Positions 21,766 through 31,216 are shown, counted from the stretch's first letter. The stretch: 64,000 bases of DNA from an uncultured Elusimicrobia bacterium (GCA_963702895.1 OY969767.1:1504001-1568000), one strand, 5' to 3'. Program-made: numbers and translations. Notes: generated from the letters alone by a model not told the origin.

Positions 21766-21785
21766 GATCGTGAGGAACGTCCCCA
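21714..21785. repeat. Perfect 29-bp inverted repeat with 14-nt loop
   Basis: TGGGGACGTTCCTCACGATCTCACGGTTT (21714-21742) and its exact reverse complement (21757-21785). Confidence 0.95.
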
Positions 21786-21811
21786 AGCCGTAAGACTGAA
21801 AGGAATCTGCC

Positions 21812-24286
21812 ATGAAGAAGACCCCACCCGACGCTGTTTTGCAGCGTCTGTCCCAAGGTCCCATCCACTTTTCCGGAAGTGACGCGGCACTCTATGAACG
21901 TCATCTGACGTTTGATAATGTCGTGGCACTGGACCAGGCGTCACCGCGCGATCAGTTTGAAGCCGCGGCGCGCTCCGTGCGCGATCTTCTCTCCCAGAGG
22001 TGGATTTCGACAGAAGCCGCCTACCTGAAAAAGAACGCCAAGAGGGTGTACTACCTTTCGATGGAGTTTCTGATTGGGAGGACCCTTGCCAACAACATCA
22101 CCAACCTGCTTCTTGAGCCCACCTTCGCTGAACTCGCCAAAGCCAAGGGTCTTGATCCCCTCCAAATCATGGAAGAGGAACCTGACGCCGGTCTCGGCAA
22201 CGGCGGCTTGGGGAGACTCGCGGCCTGCTTTCTTGATTCCATGGCGACCCTGGGAATCCCCGGCATGGGCTACGGGTTGCGATACGAATACGGCATCTTT
22301 AAGCAAGCCATCAAGAACGGTTGGCAGGAAGAGCATCCGGATCACTGGCTGCGCCGGCCGGACCCCTGGGAAGTGGCGCGGCCCCAGGAAGCCGTCGAAG
22401 TCCGGTTCAACGCGTCCAGCGAAATCCGAAACGGAGAGCTGGTGGTTGTTCCCGGACGCCCCTCGGTCCTCATCGGCATCCCCTATGACCGTCCGACCGT
22501 CGGCTACGGAGCAGGCAACATCAACACATTACGGCTTTGGTCAGCCAACACCCCGGACTTCTTTGATTTCGCCCAGTTCGGCAGCGGGGACTTCATCGGA
22601 GCGCTCGCCGAAAGTTTGGCGGCGGAAACGCTCACCCGCGTGCTCTATCCCGATGACTCCACCCAAAAGGGCCAAGCGCTGCGTTTTCTTCAGGAGTATT
22701 TCCTGGTGGCTTGTTCCTTAGCGGACCTCGTCCGGCGCTTCCGACGGGCCGGCAACGACTGGAAGTCCTTGCCCGAGAAAGCGGCCATCCAGTTGAACGA
22801 CACGCATCCCGCCATGGCGGTGCCGGAACTCATGCGGATTCTCTTGGATGAAGCGAAGTTGGACTGGAACACCGCTTGGGATCTCACCCAACGCACGCTC
22901 GCCTATACCAATCACACGCTCCTACCGGAAGCGCTCGAAAAATGGCCGGTGGCCTGGTTTGAAAGGATGATCCCGCGAATTCTTGAAATCACCTTTGAGA
23001 TCAACAGCCGGTTCCTGAAGGACGTTCGGTCCCGTTATCCCAAGGATGACGCTCGCGCCAGGCGCATGAGCCTCGTGGAAGAGGGAGGCGGTCGAAAAAT
23101 TCGGATGGCCCACGTGGCCATTGTCGGTTCGCATAGCACCAACGGCGTCGCGGCTCTTCACTCCAAGCTCTTGGCGAAGCATGTGGTCCCCGACTTCGCC
23201 GAGCTCTATCCCGAGCGGTTTAACAACAAAACCAATGGCGTCACCCAGCGACGCTTTCTCCTGATGGCCAATCCTCCCCTGGCCCAGCTCATAACTAAGA
23301 CCATCGGCGACGGCTGGATCACGGATCTCGAACAATTGGCGAAGCTGAAGCCTCTGGCGGGCGACGCCGCTTTCCGGAAAGCCTTCCTCCAAGCGAAGAG
23401 CCAGGCCAAAGAAAGTTTTGCCTCTTGGTTGAAAGAAACCTCAGGCATCGTGGTGGATCCCGCGAGCATCTTCGACAGTCAGATCAAACGACTCCATGAA
23501 TACAAGCGCCAACTGCTCAACGCGCTGCATATCGCACTTCTCTACCAGCGTTTACGAGATAAGAAGGTGAAACAGGCGGTCCCTCGCACCTTCTTTTTCG
23601 CAGGCAAAGCGGCCCCCGCCTATCAGTTCGCGAAACTGGTCATCAAATTCATCAACAACCTGGCCTCCACCATCGACGCAGACGCGTCGGCTCGCGGGAA
23701 GCTTAAGGTGGTATTCGTGCCGGACTACCGGGTCTCGGTCGCCGAACGCCTCATCCCGGCGAGCGACGTCTCGGAACAGATCTCGACCGCCGGCTACGAA
23801 GCAAGCGGTACGAGCAACATGAAGTTCATGATGAACGGGGCGCTCACGATTGGCACGCGTGACGGCGCCACCATTGAGATGGCGGAAGCCGCAGGCGAAG
23901 AAAACTTCTTCCTCTTTGGGCTCACCTCCGAAGAGGTCAGCGCCTCGCGCGCCAAGTACAACCCGCGCTCGCACTATGATCAAGAACCTGATGTCCGTGC
24001 GGTGCTCGATCTTATCCGGTCCGATCATTTCAGCCGCTCGGAACCGGGCGTGTTCGCGCCGCTTCTGGACACCCTGCTTCAGCACGGCGATTTCTACATG
24101 CATCTGGCGGATTTCACCTCCTACGCGAAGGCCCAGGAGCAGGTCGCGGCGCTCTACCAAAAACCTGACGAATGGGCCCGCCGGGCGATTCTCAACATCG
24201 CGGCTTCCGGTCGTTTCTCGAGCGACCGCACCATCCGGGACTATGCCGCCGGCATTTGGACCGTCAAACCCTGCCACGTCGATTAA
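21812..24286 (+). CDS. glgP: Glycogen/starch phosphorylase
   Basis: DAGLGNGGLGRLAACF, QLNDTHP, KRLHEYKRQLLN, PLP site EASGTSNMKFMMNG. Confidence 0.96.
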   Translation: MKKTPPDAVLQRLSQGPIHFSGSDAALYERHLTFDNVVALDQASPRDQFEAAARSVRDLLSQRWISTEAAYLKKNAKRVYYLSMEFLIGRTLANNITNLLLEPTFAELAKAKGLDPLQIMEEEPDAGLGNGGLGRLAACFLDSMATLGIPGMGYGLRYEYGIFKQAIKNGWQEEHPDHWLRRPDPWEVARPQEAVEVRFNASSEIRNGELVVVPGRPSVLIGIPYDRPTVGYGAGNINTLRLWSANTPDFFDFAQFGSGDFIGALAESLAAETLTRVLYPDDSTQKGQALRFLQEYFLVACSLADLVRRFRRAGNDWKSLPEKAAIQLNDTHPAMAVPELMRILLDEAKLDWNTAWDLTQRTLAYTNHTLLPEALEKWPVAWFERMIPRILEITFEINSRFLKDVRSRYPKDDARARRMSLVEEGGGRKIRMAHVAIVGSHSTNGVAALHSKLLAKHVVPDFAELYPERFNNKTNGVTQRRFLLMANPPLAQLITKTIGDGWITDLEQLAKLKPLAGDAAFRKAFLQAKSQAKESFASWLKETSGIVVDPASIFDSQIKRLHEYKRQLLNALHIALLYQRLRDKKVKQAVPRTFFFAGKAAPAYQFAKLVIKFINNLASTIDADASARGKLKVVFVPDYRVSVAERLIPASDVSEQISTAGYEASGTSNMKFMMNGALTIGTRDGATIEMAEAAGEENFFLFGLTSEEVSASRAKYNPRSHYDQEPDVRAVLDLIRSDHFSRSEPGVFAPLLDTLLQHGDFYMHLADFTSYAKAQEQVAALYQKPDEWARRAILNIAASGRFSSDRTIRDYAAGIWTVKPCHVD

Positions 24287-24493
24287 CCGGAAAAGCTCGC
24301 TTGACCGTGGTTGATCGACTGTGACGTGGGACTTTTTAGTGCCGTCATCCCGGCATGGTTCTAGCCGGGATCCATCATGTCTTTTGCGTCGACGATGGAC
24401 CCCGTCCTCCAGACGTCAGGCGGACGGCCCGCCTTGACGTGTGGCGGGCCGGATTACGGATCTCCGGGGTGACGAACCGAAGAATTTGGGTTA
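24284..24493. mobile_element. MITE family A, copy 4
   Basis: Ends TAACCGGAAAA / AATTTGGGTTA; the first TAA is the glgP stop; internal sequence matches copy 1 in reverse. Confidence 0.75.
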
Positions 24494-24542
24494 AGCCCAT
24501 GACTACCCATACGTCACGGTTGACAGAGGAGAAGACAACACC

Positions 24543-25952
24543 ATGATTCATAATCGCACGAAGATTGTTTGCACCCTGGGACCGGCTTCACAGGACCCGC
24601 GGATCCTGCGCCGGATGATTCAGGCTGGCGCGGATGTCTTCCGCCTCAACGCTTCGCACGGAAACGCCGCGGATCATGCCCAACGCATCTCCGACATTCG
24701 GCGTGTCGCGCGTGAACTGAAGCGTCCCATCGGAATACTCATGGACCTCCCCGGACCCAAACTGCGCTTGGGGGTACTCCCTGATGAGAAACGCGTCCTG
24801 CGAAAGGGCGAACCCGTCCTGCTCTGCGGTCCAACACCGTCACGGCCCGACTCGCTCCCCCTTCGTGACCCAGAGATTTTGAAAGATCTGCGGCCAGGAC
24901 ATGAAATCTACCTGGCCGATGGCACCGTACAGCTTGTGGCTGTGAAAAAGGATCCGAGCGGCATGCGCTGTCGGGTCCAGGTGGGCGGCACCGTCCGCTC
25001 CGGATCAGGCCTGAACTTACCGGACACCGAGCTCTCAAAAGCGGTCCCGACAGCAGCTGACCGCGGATGGATCCGCTTTGCGCGAAAGCACCATCTGGAT
25101 TGGCTGGCTGTCTCTTTCGTTCAAAAAGCCGCTGATATCGAAATGGTCCGACGCCTGGCCGGTTCGGGTCCCGAGGCGCCGCGCCTCATCGCCAAAATCG
25201 AGAAGCGTGGGGCCGTACTCCAGCTTGAAGAGATTGTGAAGACAGCCGATGGCGTCATGGTCGCGCGGGGCGATTTGGGCGTGGAAACACCGCTCGCGAA
25301 TGTCCCCCTGGTCCAGAAACGAATCATCAGTTTCGCCAATGCCTATGGAAGACCTGTGATTACCGCCACCCAGATGCTGGAGTCCATGGTCGAGCATTCC
25401 TCCCCCACGCGGGCGGAAGTGACGGACGTGGCCAACGCCATCCTGGACGGAACCGACGCCGTGATGCTTTCCGCGGAATCGGCCATCGGTCACTACCCGG
25501 TGGCATCCGTGGCGACGCTCGCCAGCATCGCCACGGCGACTGAAAGCGAGTTCCCTTACGCCTCCGCCTTTCGCAAGCTGGCCGAGCGCGATTGGTCCTC
25601 GCCCCATGAAGCGATCAGCTTTAGTGCGGTCCGCATGGCGGCGGACTGCGCGGCCAAGGCCATTTTGATTGAGCCATCGGCGCAGACCACGGCCGCGGCC
25701 ATCTCCCGCTTTCGCCCCAAAGCCGCGGTCATCTCGTTATGCCATCGTTGGGATGAGGCCTGCCGGCAAATCCTCCCTTGGGGTGTTGACCCGCTCGTCA
25801 TTCCTCGTTCCTGGAAACAAGCACTCGGCGTTATTCGGCGCCATCTCGCTAAGTTCCATGGCATTCAGCATGGTTGTCGCGTCGTTACGGTTCAATCAGC
25901 GGCGAAACTCTACGGCGCAGGGAGTGATCTCGTGCGCATCGTGAGGCTATAG
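24543..25952 (+). CDS. pyk: Pyruvate kinase
   Basis: TKIVCTLGPAS, DLPGPKLR, IAKIE, MVARGDLGVE, ATQMLESM, DAVMLSAE. Confidence 0.95.
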   Translation: MIHNRTKIVCTLGPASQDPRILRRMIQAGADVFRLNASHGNAADHAQRISDIRRVARELKRPIGILMDLPGPKLRLGVLPDEKRVLRKGEPVLLCGPTPSRPDSLPLRDPEILKDLRPGHEIYLADGTVQLVAVKKDPSGMRCRVQVGGTVRSGSGLNLPDTELSKAVPTAADRGWIRFARKHHLDWLAVSFVQKAADIEMVRRLAGSGPEAPRLIAKIEKRGAVLQLEEIVKTADGVMVARGDLGVETPLANVPLVQKRIISFANAYGRPVITATQMLESMVEHSSPTRAEVTDVANAILDGTDAVMLSAESAIGHYPVASVATLASIATATESEFPYASAFRKLAERDWSSPHEAISFSAVRMAADCAAKAILIEPSAQTTAAAISRFRPKAAVISLCHRWDEACRQILPWGVDPLVIPRSWKQALGVIRRHLAKFHGIQHGCRVVTVQSAAKLYGAGSDLVRIVRL

Positions 25953-25955
25953 CGA

Positions 25956-27287
25956 ATGCGTGTCATCCTGCGTGGCGCAGGAGCTATCCTCCTATACCTT
26001 TTTCTGATCCTTTTCCCTCTCGTTATTGGCGCGCTCGCTGATCCGGTGAGCTCCGCTCGTCCATGGACACTCGAAATGGCCGTAGCGGCTGGTTACGTAG
26101 GTCTTGCGATCATGGCATTTCAGTTTGCTCTCGTATCGCGCCTGAATTTCGCAAGCGCTGCTTTTGGTCAGGACGCTTTGCAGCAGATCCACCGTCAAAT
26201 GTCCCATGTGGCGACAGGCTGCATCCTCCTTCACCCCACCCTATTATTTGTGAATGGCTTCGATCTGAACATGCTCCTCAACGTCTTCAACGACAATCCC
26301 TGGTCGCTCAAATGGGGAACCATCTCGCTCTACGCCTTGCTTCTCCTCATTCTCCTGTCACTCGGGAGGAAGCTTTTACACCTCTCTTATGAGTGGTGGC
26401 AATGGACGCACGCCCTCCTGGCCGCTGTCGCCGTGGGGGGTGGGCTCTATCACATCTATGGTATTGCCAACTATACCGGAACGAGCAGCATGCGTGCTCT
26501 CTGGGCCGTTTACGCCGCGTCCCTCGGGATCCTATTTTTGAGATACCGCGTTTTCATTCCGCTCGCTAAGTGGCGCAAGCCTTGGGAAGTGGTTCGCAAT
26601 ATTCGGGAGCTTGGGAAGGCGCAGACTCTGGTGCTTCGCCCGCTGGGGCATGAAGGCGTGACCTTTGCGCCGGGACAATTCGCTTGGATCATGACGGGAC
26701 GCACACCGTTCGCCCGCGAGCAGCATCCCATCTCCTTCTCCGGAAGCGCAGAAACCACAGGTTCACGCGAAATTTCCTTTACGATCAAAGACCTCGGCAA
26801 CTGGTCCGGAAAGCAAGTGCCGGGATTGAAAGCGGGGCATCGCGTGTGGCTCGATGGTCCTTATGGGGTCTTTTCTCCGGACTTGGAGCAGGGCCCAGGT
26901 TACGTGCTCATCGGCGGGGGCATCGGCATCACACCGCTCTATTCCATGCTTCGCACTTTCCTTGATCGTGAAGATGTCCGCCCGATGATCCTGTTTTATG
27001 GAGCCAAGGACTTGGGGGACATCACGTTTCGGGAAGAACTTGCCGCGCTCTCCGTGAAGTCTCCTGTGAAGATCATCTATGTCTTAGAAGACCCGCCTCA
27101 GAACTGGTCTGGCGAGCGGGGGTACATCACCACAGAGATCCTCAAGCGCTATTTGCCGAAACGCTATCGTTCCTACCAGTTTTTTGTCTGCGGGCCGGCA
27201 CCTCTGATGGACCTGATGGAAAGTCTATTGCCGGAGATTGGCGTTCCCCCGGAGCATGTCCATACGGAACGCTTCGATTTCGTATGA
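25956..27287 (+). CDS. Ferric-reductase-like transmembrane domain + FAD/NAD-binding reductase
   Basis: About 6 TM helices with paired His residues, HPISFS, DGPYG, GGGIGITP, CGPAPLM, C-terminal ERF. Confidence 0.88.
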   Translation: MRVILRGAGAILLYLFLILFPLVIGALADPVSSARPWTLEMAVAAGYVGLAIMAFQFALVSRLNFASAAFGQDALQQIHRQMSHVATGCILLHPTLLFVNGFDLNMLLNVFNDNPWSLKWGTISLYALLLLILLSLGRKLLHLSYEWWQWTHALLAAVAVGGGLYHIYGIANYTGTSSMRALWAVYAASLGILFLRYRVFIPLAKWRKPWEVVRNIRELGKAQTLVLRPLGHEGVTFAPGQFAWIMTGRTPFAREQHPISFSGSAETTGSREISFTIKDLGNWSGKQVPGLKAGHRVWLDGPYGVFSPDLEQGPGYVLIGGGIGITPLYSMLRTFLDREDVRPMILFYGAKDLGDITFREELAALSVKSPVKIIYVLEDPPQNWSGERGYITTEILKRYLPKRYRSYQFFVCGPAPLMDLMESLLPEIGVPPEHVHTERFDFV

Positions 27288-27382
27288 ACCGCATACTCGT
27301 GAGGCGTATGATCGTTTGTCTTGCGCTTATCCTGCTAGCGGCGTGTGTGATCTTTGCGCTGCTGGTTAACCCGAGGTCATGA
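27284..27382 (+). CDS. Candidate 32-aa single-TM micropeptide
   Basis: MNRILVRRMIVCLALILLAACVIFALLVNPRS; ATG overlaps the upstream stop (ATGA). Confidence 0.5.
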   Translation: MNRILVRRMIVCLALILLAACVIFALLVNPRS

Positions 27383-27405
27383 TGGAGAGAACACGCCGGC
27401 TTTGA

Positions 27406-28047
27406 TCAGCTCTGCCAGATGGCATGAACAATCAAGGGCGTCCGCGAGCTCGTCCGCAAGTTGTCCGGCATCCTCACTTCCACGAAGCCTTGCCATCCTA
27501 ATTTTCTAGTCGCCACATCAAACCATCGGAGGAGGCTCTTCTGCACAACGTAGGGCGTTTCGCCAGTATTGCCCGGGATGGGACCGCGTGTCGTCCTCTG
27601 CGCATCGACCGTCGCCGCGTGCTCTTCGTCAAAGGGATTGACCGCCAGCGGATCACCGCTCGGGAACACGCCAGACGCGTAAGCGGTCAGGCAGTCCTCT
27701 ATCTCCGGGTCCGCGACCGCCTTGCGGGCAGACCAATGGATCGTCCTGCGAGGAGCCACACAGAGCAGGGACGCATAGCCCTGGGCGCGAATCTGCTCGG
27801 CCATCCGTGTCACCGGAGTCGAGGTTGGGAAGAGATCGCGCAGACTGACGGCCTCTGTCCCCTGCTCCGAAAACCGCTTTTTGAGTCCCGACTCCACTTG
27901 GGTGGAAAGCGCCGTATCCTTGGCGAGGGCAACAAGCACTAGTTTCTCCGCGGGCCGATGCTCCGCTGCAGCACGGAGAACCCCCGCGCACACAGCGATC
28001 GCAATCATAAGCCACTGATGCGCGATGAAAATCCGGTGCGTTCTCAT
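27406..28047 (-). CDS. Exported hypothetical protein
   Basis: Signal-like N-terminus; ATGA overlap with the GGDEF gene; C-terminal FDVATRKLGWQG strand motif. Confidence 0.65.
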   Translation of the reverse strand: MRTHRIFIAHQWLMIAIAVCAGVLRAAAEHRPAEKLVLVALAKDTALSTQVESGLKKRFSEQGTEAVSLRDLFPTSTPVTRMAEQIRAQGYASLLCVAPRRTIHWSARKAVADPEIEDCLTAYASGVFPSGDPLAVNPFDEEHAATVDAQRTTRGPIPGNTGETPYVVQKSLLRWFDVATRKLGWQGFVEVRMPDNLRTSSRTPLIVHAIWQS

Positions 28048-29036
28048 GCCACACTCGTCAATCGTTCATGCGGAACGATCTCCAGCCTGTGCTTGCTTCG
28101 TTTTTCGATATACATCCGGGCGTCGGCTTGAGCGGTGAGTTCTACGATCGAGGTGGTTCCACGAGCGTTCGAATGCGCCACACCGACACTGAGAGAGATG
28201 GGCTGAGCATAATGGTTTTGAACCGCATGGCGCCTGAGATTGACGTGTAAACGGGCCATCTGTATCGCCGCGCTGCTGTGGCCGTTTTCCATGGTCGCGA
28301 TCGCAAATTCGTCTCCGCCAATCCGAGCGATGATATCGGACTTGCGGAAGGTTTTCCGCAAGATATCAGCGGTTCGAATGATTGCTTGATCTCCCCCCGG
28401 ATGCCCGCCTCGATCATTGATTTCTTTGAGACCATCAAGATCGGCATAAATGACAAAGACTCGCTTCCCCTTACGATGGGCCAGGTCCAGATAATGCTGA
28501 CTTAAGACCTCGTAGCCTCGGCGGTTGTACAAGCCGGTGAGGACATCGGTCATGGAATCATTTTTTAGGGAGGCGTTGAGCTTTCCCATCGCTCGTTCGG
28601 CCTGCCGGCGGTCGGTGATATCCTCAATCGTGAGCAGAAGGATCCGCCTCGACGCGCCAGAGATCTCCACACGACGCGCGTTAAATAACATCGTCCGGCG
28701 ACCGATGGTGGGAAAGAGGCCATCCACGGCGAGATCCGGGAGGTCAGACCGCTTGAGAAGAATCCCCTCCAACCAGTTCCGCAAGGCAGGAGCTTTCCAC
28801 GCACCGTCCCCCAGCGCATCGACGCACCTCCCGTTGATCTCTTTGGGCGAAAGATGAAAAGTCCGGCAAAAGGACTTATTGACGAGTCGGACGCGGAGGT
28901 CTCCATCCAGGACCACGAAAGGTTCTCGAACGGTATCCAGGATCGCCCGGATATGTTCACACATCCGCGCAAATCGCAATCGACTGCGGACAAGCGCCGA
29001 CCGATCAAGGACTCTCATAACGATCCCTTGGCTCAA
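28044..29036 (-). CDS. PAS-domain diguanylate cyclase
   Basis: PAS (ILDTVREPFVVLDGDLRV), DVLTGLYNRR, RKSD I-site, intact GGDEF; start may be ATG 29018. Confidence 0.92.
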   Translation of the reverse strand: MSQGIVMRVLDRSALVRSRLRFARMCEHIRAILDTVREPFVVLDGDLRVRLVNKSFCRTFHLSPKEINGRCVDALGDGAWKAPALRNWLEGILLKRSDLPDLAVDGLFPTIGRRTMLFNARRVEISGASRRILLLTIEDITDRRQAERAMGKLNASLKNDSMTDVLTGLYNRRGYEVLSQHYLDLAHRKGKRVFVIYADLDGLKEINDRGGHPGGDQAIIRTADILRKTFRKSDIIARIGGDEFAIATMENGHSSAAIQMARLHVNLRRHAVQNHYAQPISLSVGVAHSNARGTTSIVELTAQADARMYIEKRSKHRLEIVPHERLTSVA

Positions 29037-29060
29037 ACATCACATACCTCCCCTTAATAA

Positions 29061-29109
29061 ATGTTAACAGGATATCGCCACGCTGCCTATCAGGAGGGGA
29101 TGCTATATT
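29061..29109 (-). promoter_or_regulatory. Shared promoter motif, site 1 (upstream of the diguanylate cyclase)
   Basis: Minus strand: AATATAGC-N6-TCCTGATAG-N20-TAACAT. Confidence 0.7.
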
Positions 29110-29239
29110 CTTCGTCCGATAAACTACTACGCCGGGCCTAGTCCAAACACTGATGAGCCGGGGCTCACCTTTCGTCTTTCGTTCTGTCTGCGGTTTTGCC
29201 TGGGACCCTCTTTCAGTTAGGTCTTTCTCGCGACCATCT

Positions 29240-29497
29240 CTAGAGATGCCAAGGACGGTGGCCTCCGACCGCGATGACACCTTCCTGGATCGGAGTCGAT
29301 GGGTGCCTCACGGCAGCCCCCAAGAGCTTCTCGTACGCCAGATGACCGGTTCTTCCGTGAAAGCCCAGATGAGTCCGCGCGCTTATCTCCGCGGCGCGTT
29401 CGCCGCAGCAACGCTGAACCCGAGCTCTTTCCTGATTGTGACCATATCTTCGCTGTTCCTTGGTGATGAAACTCCATCGATGATTATTTTGATGCAT
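29240..29497 (-). CDS. Small His/Arg-rich hypothetical protein (85 aa)
   Basis: AAGGAG RBS in front of the ATG; no recognisable domain. Confidence 0.4.
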   Translation of the reverse strand: MHQNNHRWSFITKEQRRYGHNQERARVQRCCGERAAEISARTHLGFHGRTGHLAYEKLLGAAVRHPSTPIQEGVIAVGGHRPWHL

Positions 29498-29553
29498 AAA
29501 TTGCTCCTTTCACATGGCGCTCTTGCGCGATAACGGTGATTCTTTGTGATGTC

Positions 29554-29658
29554 TTAAAACCGTAAGAATTTGGTGAAAAATGTGACTATCGCTCCCAAGA
29601 CCGTCAACGTAATCATGGCCTCAACCACAATCACACGGTGTTCGATCAGGAAATTCAT
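29554..29658 (-). CDS. Candidate 34-aa single-TM micropeptide
   Basis: MNFLIEHRVIVVEAMITLTVLGAIVTFFTKFLRF; strong GAGGAGG RBS; own promoter motif just upstream. Confidence 0.6.
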   Translation of the reverse strand: MNFLIEHRVIVVEAMITLTVLGAIVTFFTKFLRF

Positions 29659-29685
29659 GTAGACCTCCTCTATTCCTCTAGAGCC

Positions 29686-29734
29686 ATGATACGACGGACT
29701 GACCTCGCTGCCTATCAGGATTGGCAGCTATTTT
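29686..29734 (-). promoter_or_regulatory. Shared promoter motif, site 2
   Basis: Minus strand: AAAATAGC-N6-TCCTGATAG-N20-TATCAT. Confidence 0.7.
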
Positions 29735-29833
29735 TATCGTCAGCCAAATTGCTACAACGCGGCTAATGAAGACGCCTAGGCCTGGAAATCCGAAGGCGCA
29801 TCATGGGTTTTACGAAAGAGCTACAATCTTCAG

Positions 29834-31216
29834 GTGTGCACGCTTCGCCTGATCCTCTTTTGCAGTTGCGTGTTGTCTCTCCCTTGGACTGGGGCTTTTG
29901 GCTCGGGCCGTGCGCCGAAGAATGCCGCCTCCACATGGACAACACTCTCAGCGAAGCGAGTTTTCCTGCGCGCGCTTCCTGCCGGCGGCGATGGCTATTA
30001 TGTGGTCTGGAATTCCTCCGGGAGCACCCCTAGGTCGTCGCTTTTTGCCGAACGTTTTGGCCTCGAGGATGCCGCTCGGTGGCCGACACCCGGCCTTGAG
30101 CTCTCTCACACCCTCCAAGAGCCCGGCCTCTGGGACGCTTGTGCGGATGGCCAGAGAGGGCTGATCGTGGCGGCGGTGGAACAGGATGCCTTGAGGATCC
30201 GGCGCGTCAATTCGGACGGTAAGATCCTCTGGGAAAAGACCGTAGTATCATCGCTGGGAGGTTCGCCTGTCACCTCGGTCGTCGGGGCCGAAGATGGCCA
30301 GGGCGGCGCTTACCTCGCGTGGGCACAGGGTCTTTCTGCTCACTCGATCGTCTGGGTGCAACGATGGAATGATGCTGGTCAGCCGCAATGGCCCCAACCG
30401 GGCGTGCGTGCCTCGCCGACAGAAGCAAGACAGACAGTGCCCAACATCTTGCGGGACGGACAGGGGAGCGTCCTCGTCGCATGGAAGAGCTACGAGCAAG
30501 ACTTGACCAAAGTCCGGGCGCAACGATTCGCCGTTGACGGAAGGCGCCTCTGGGTCGAGCGCGGCATGGAGGTTATCTCACCGGCGGGAGACCTGCGCCA
30601 ACGCATTAACATGGCGGCCCCAGGTGACGGAGGGGTCGTCGTCGCCTGGAGTCAGGGAGTCGCCGGGATCAACCGACTTTACTTTCAGCATGTTGGAGCC
30701 GATGGGACGCGCACCTGGTCGGCGGCCGGCGTGACTGAGCCCGGAGCGATCCTAGAGCAATGGAACCCCGTGATGGTGGGAAGTGGCGATGGAAACATCT
30801 GGATCGGCTGGGAAGAAGTGCGCCAGGCCGGCGAGCCCAAGGTCATGCTCGTCCGGCGCAGCCCGCCCAAGGGGACCCCGTGGGCAGCCGTGGACCTTCC
30901 TCTGTCGGACGTGCGAGGCGCTCAAGGCCGCTTGACGCTTGCGCTCGATGGATCCGATGGCGTCTTGGCCGCTTGGGTTGATAACCGTGAAGGTCCTGGC
31001 CTTTATTTACAGCAGGTGAATGGACAGGGTCATCGGCGTTTCGGCAGCGGACGCGAAGTGGCCACGGGGATCAAGCATCCACAGCAACCGCATCTCGTGC
31101 TTGCGGCGCCCGGCCGCGTCGCCGTTGTCTGGCTCGAAGAAAAAGGCGAGCAACTTTGGGATCTCAAGCATCGGGTCGTCGACTTCCGCTCCTCTTTGAC
31201 CTCAGCAGCCCATTAA
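29834..31216 (+). CDS. Exported repeat protein, probable beta-propeller
   Basis: Signal peptide; about 7 repeats of DGxG(G)xxxAW followed by xQRxxxxGxxxW. Confidence 0.75.
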   Translation: MCTLRLILFCSCVLSLPWTGAFGSGRAPKNAASTWTTLSAKRVFLRALPAGGDGYYVVWNSSGSTPRSSLFAERFGLEDAARWPTPGLELSHTLQEPGLWDACADGQRGLIVAAVEQDALRIRRVNSDGKILWEKTVVSSLGGSPVTSVVGAEDGQGGAYLAWAQGLSAHSIVWVQRWNDAGQPQWPQPGVRASPTEARQTVPNILRDGQGSVLVAWKSYEQDLTKVRAQRFAVDGRRLWVERGMEVISPAGDLRQRINMAAPGDGGVVVAWSQGVAGINRLYFQHVGADGTRTWSAAGVTEPGAILEQWNPVMVGSGDGNIWIGWEEVRQAGEPKVMLVRRSPPKGTPWAAVDLPLSDVRGAQGRLTLALDGSDGVLAAWVDNREGPGLYLQQVNGQGHRRFGSGREVATGIKHPQQPHLVLAAPGRVAVVWLEEKGEQLWDLKHRVVDFRSSLTSAAH

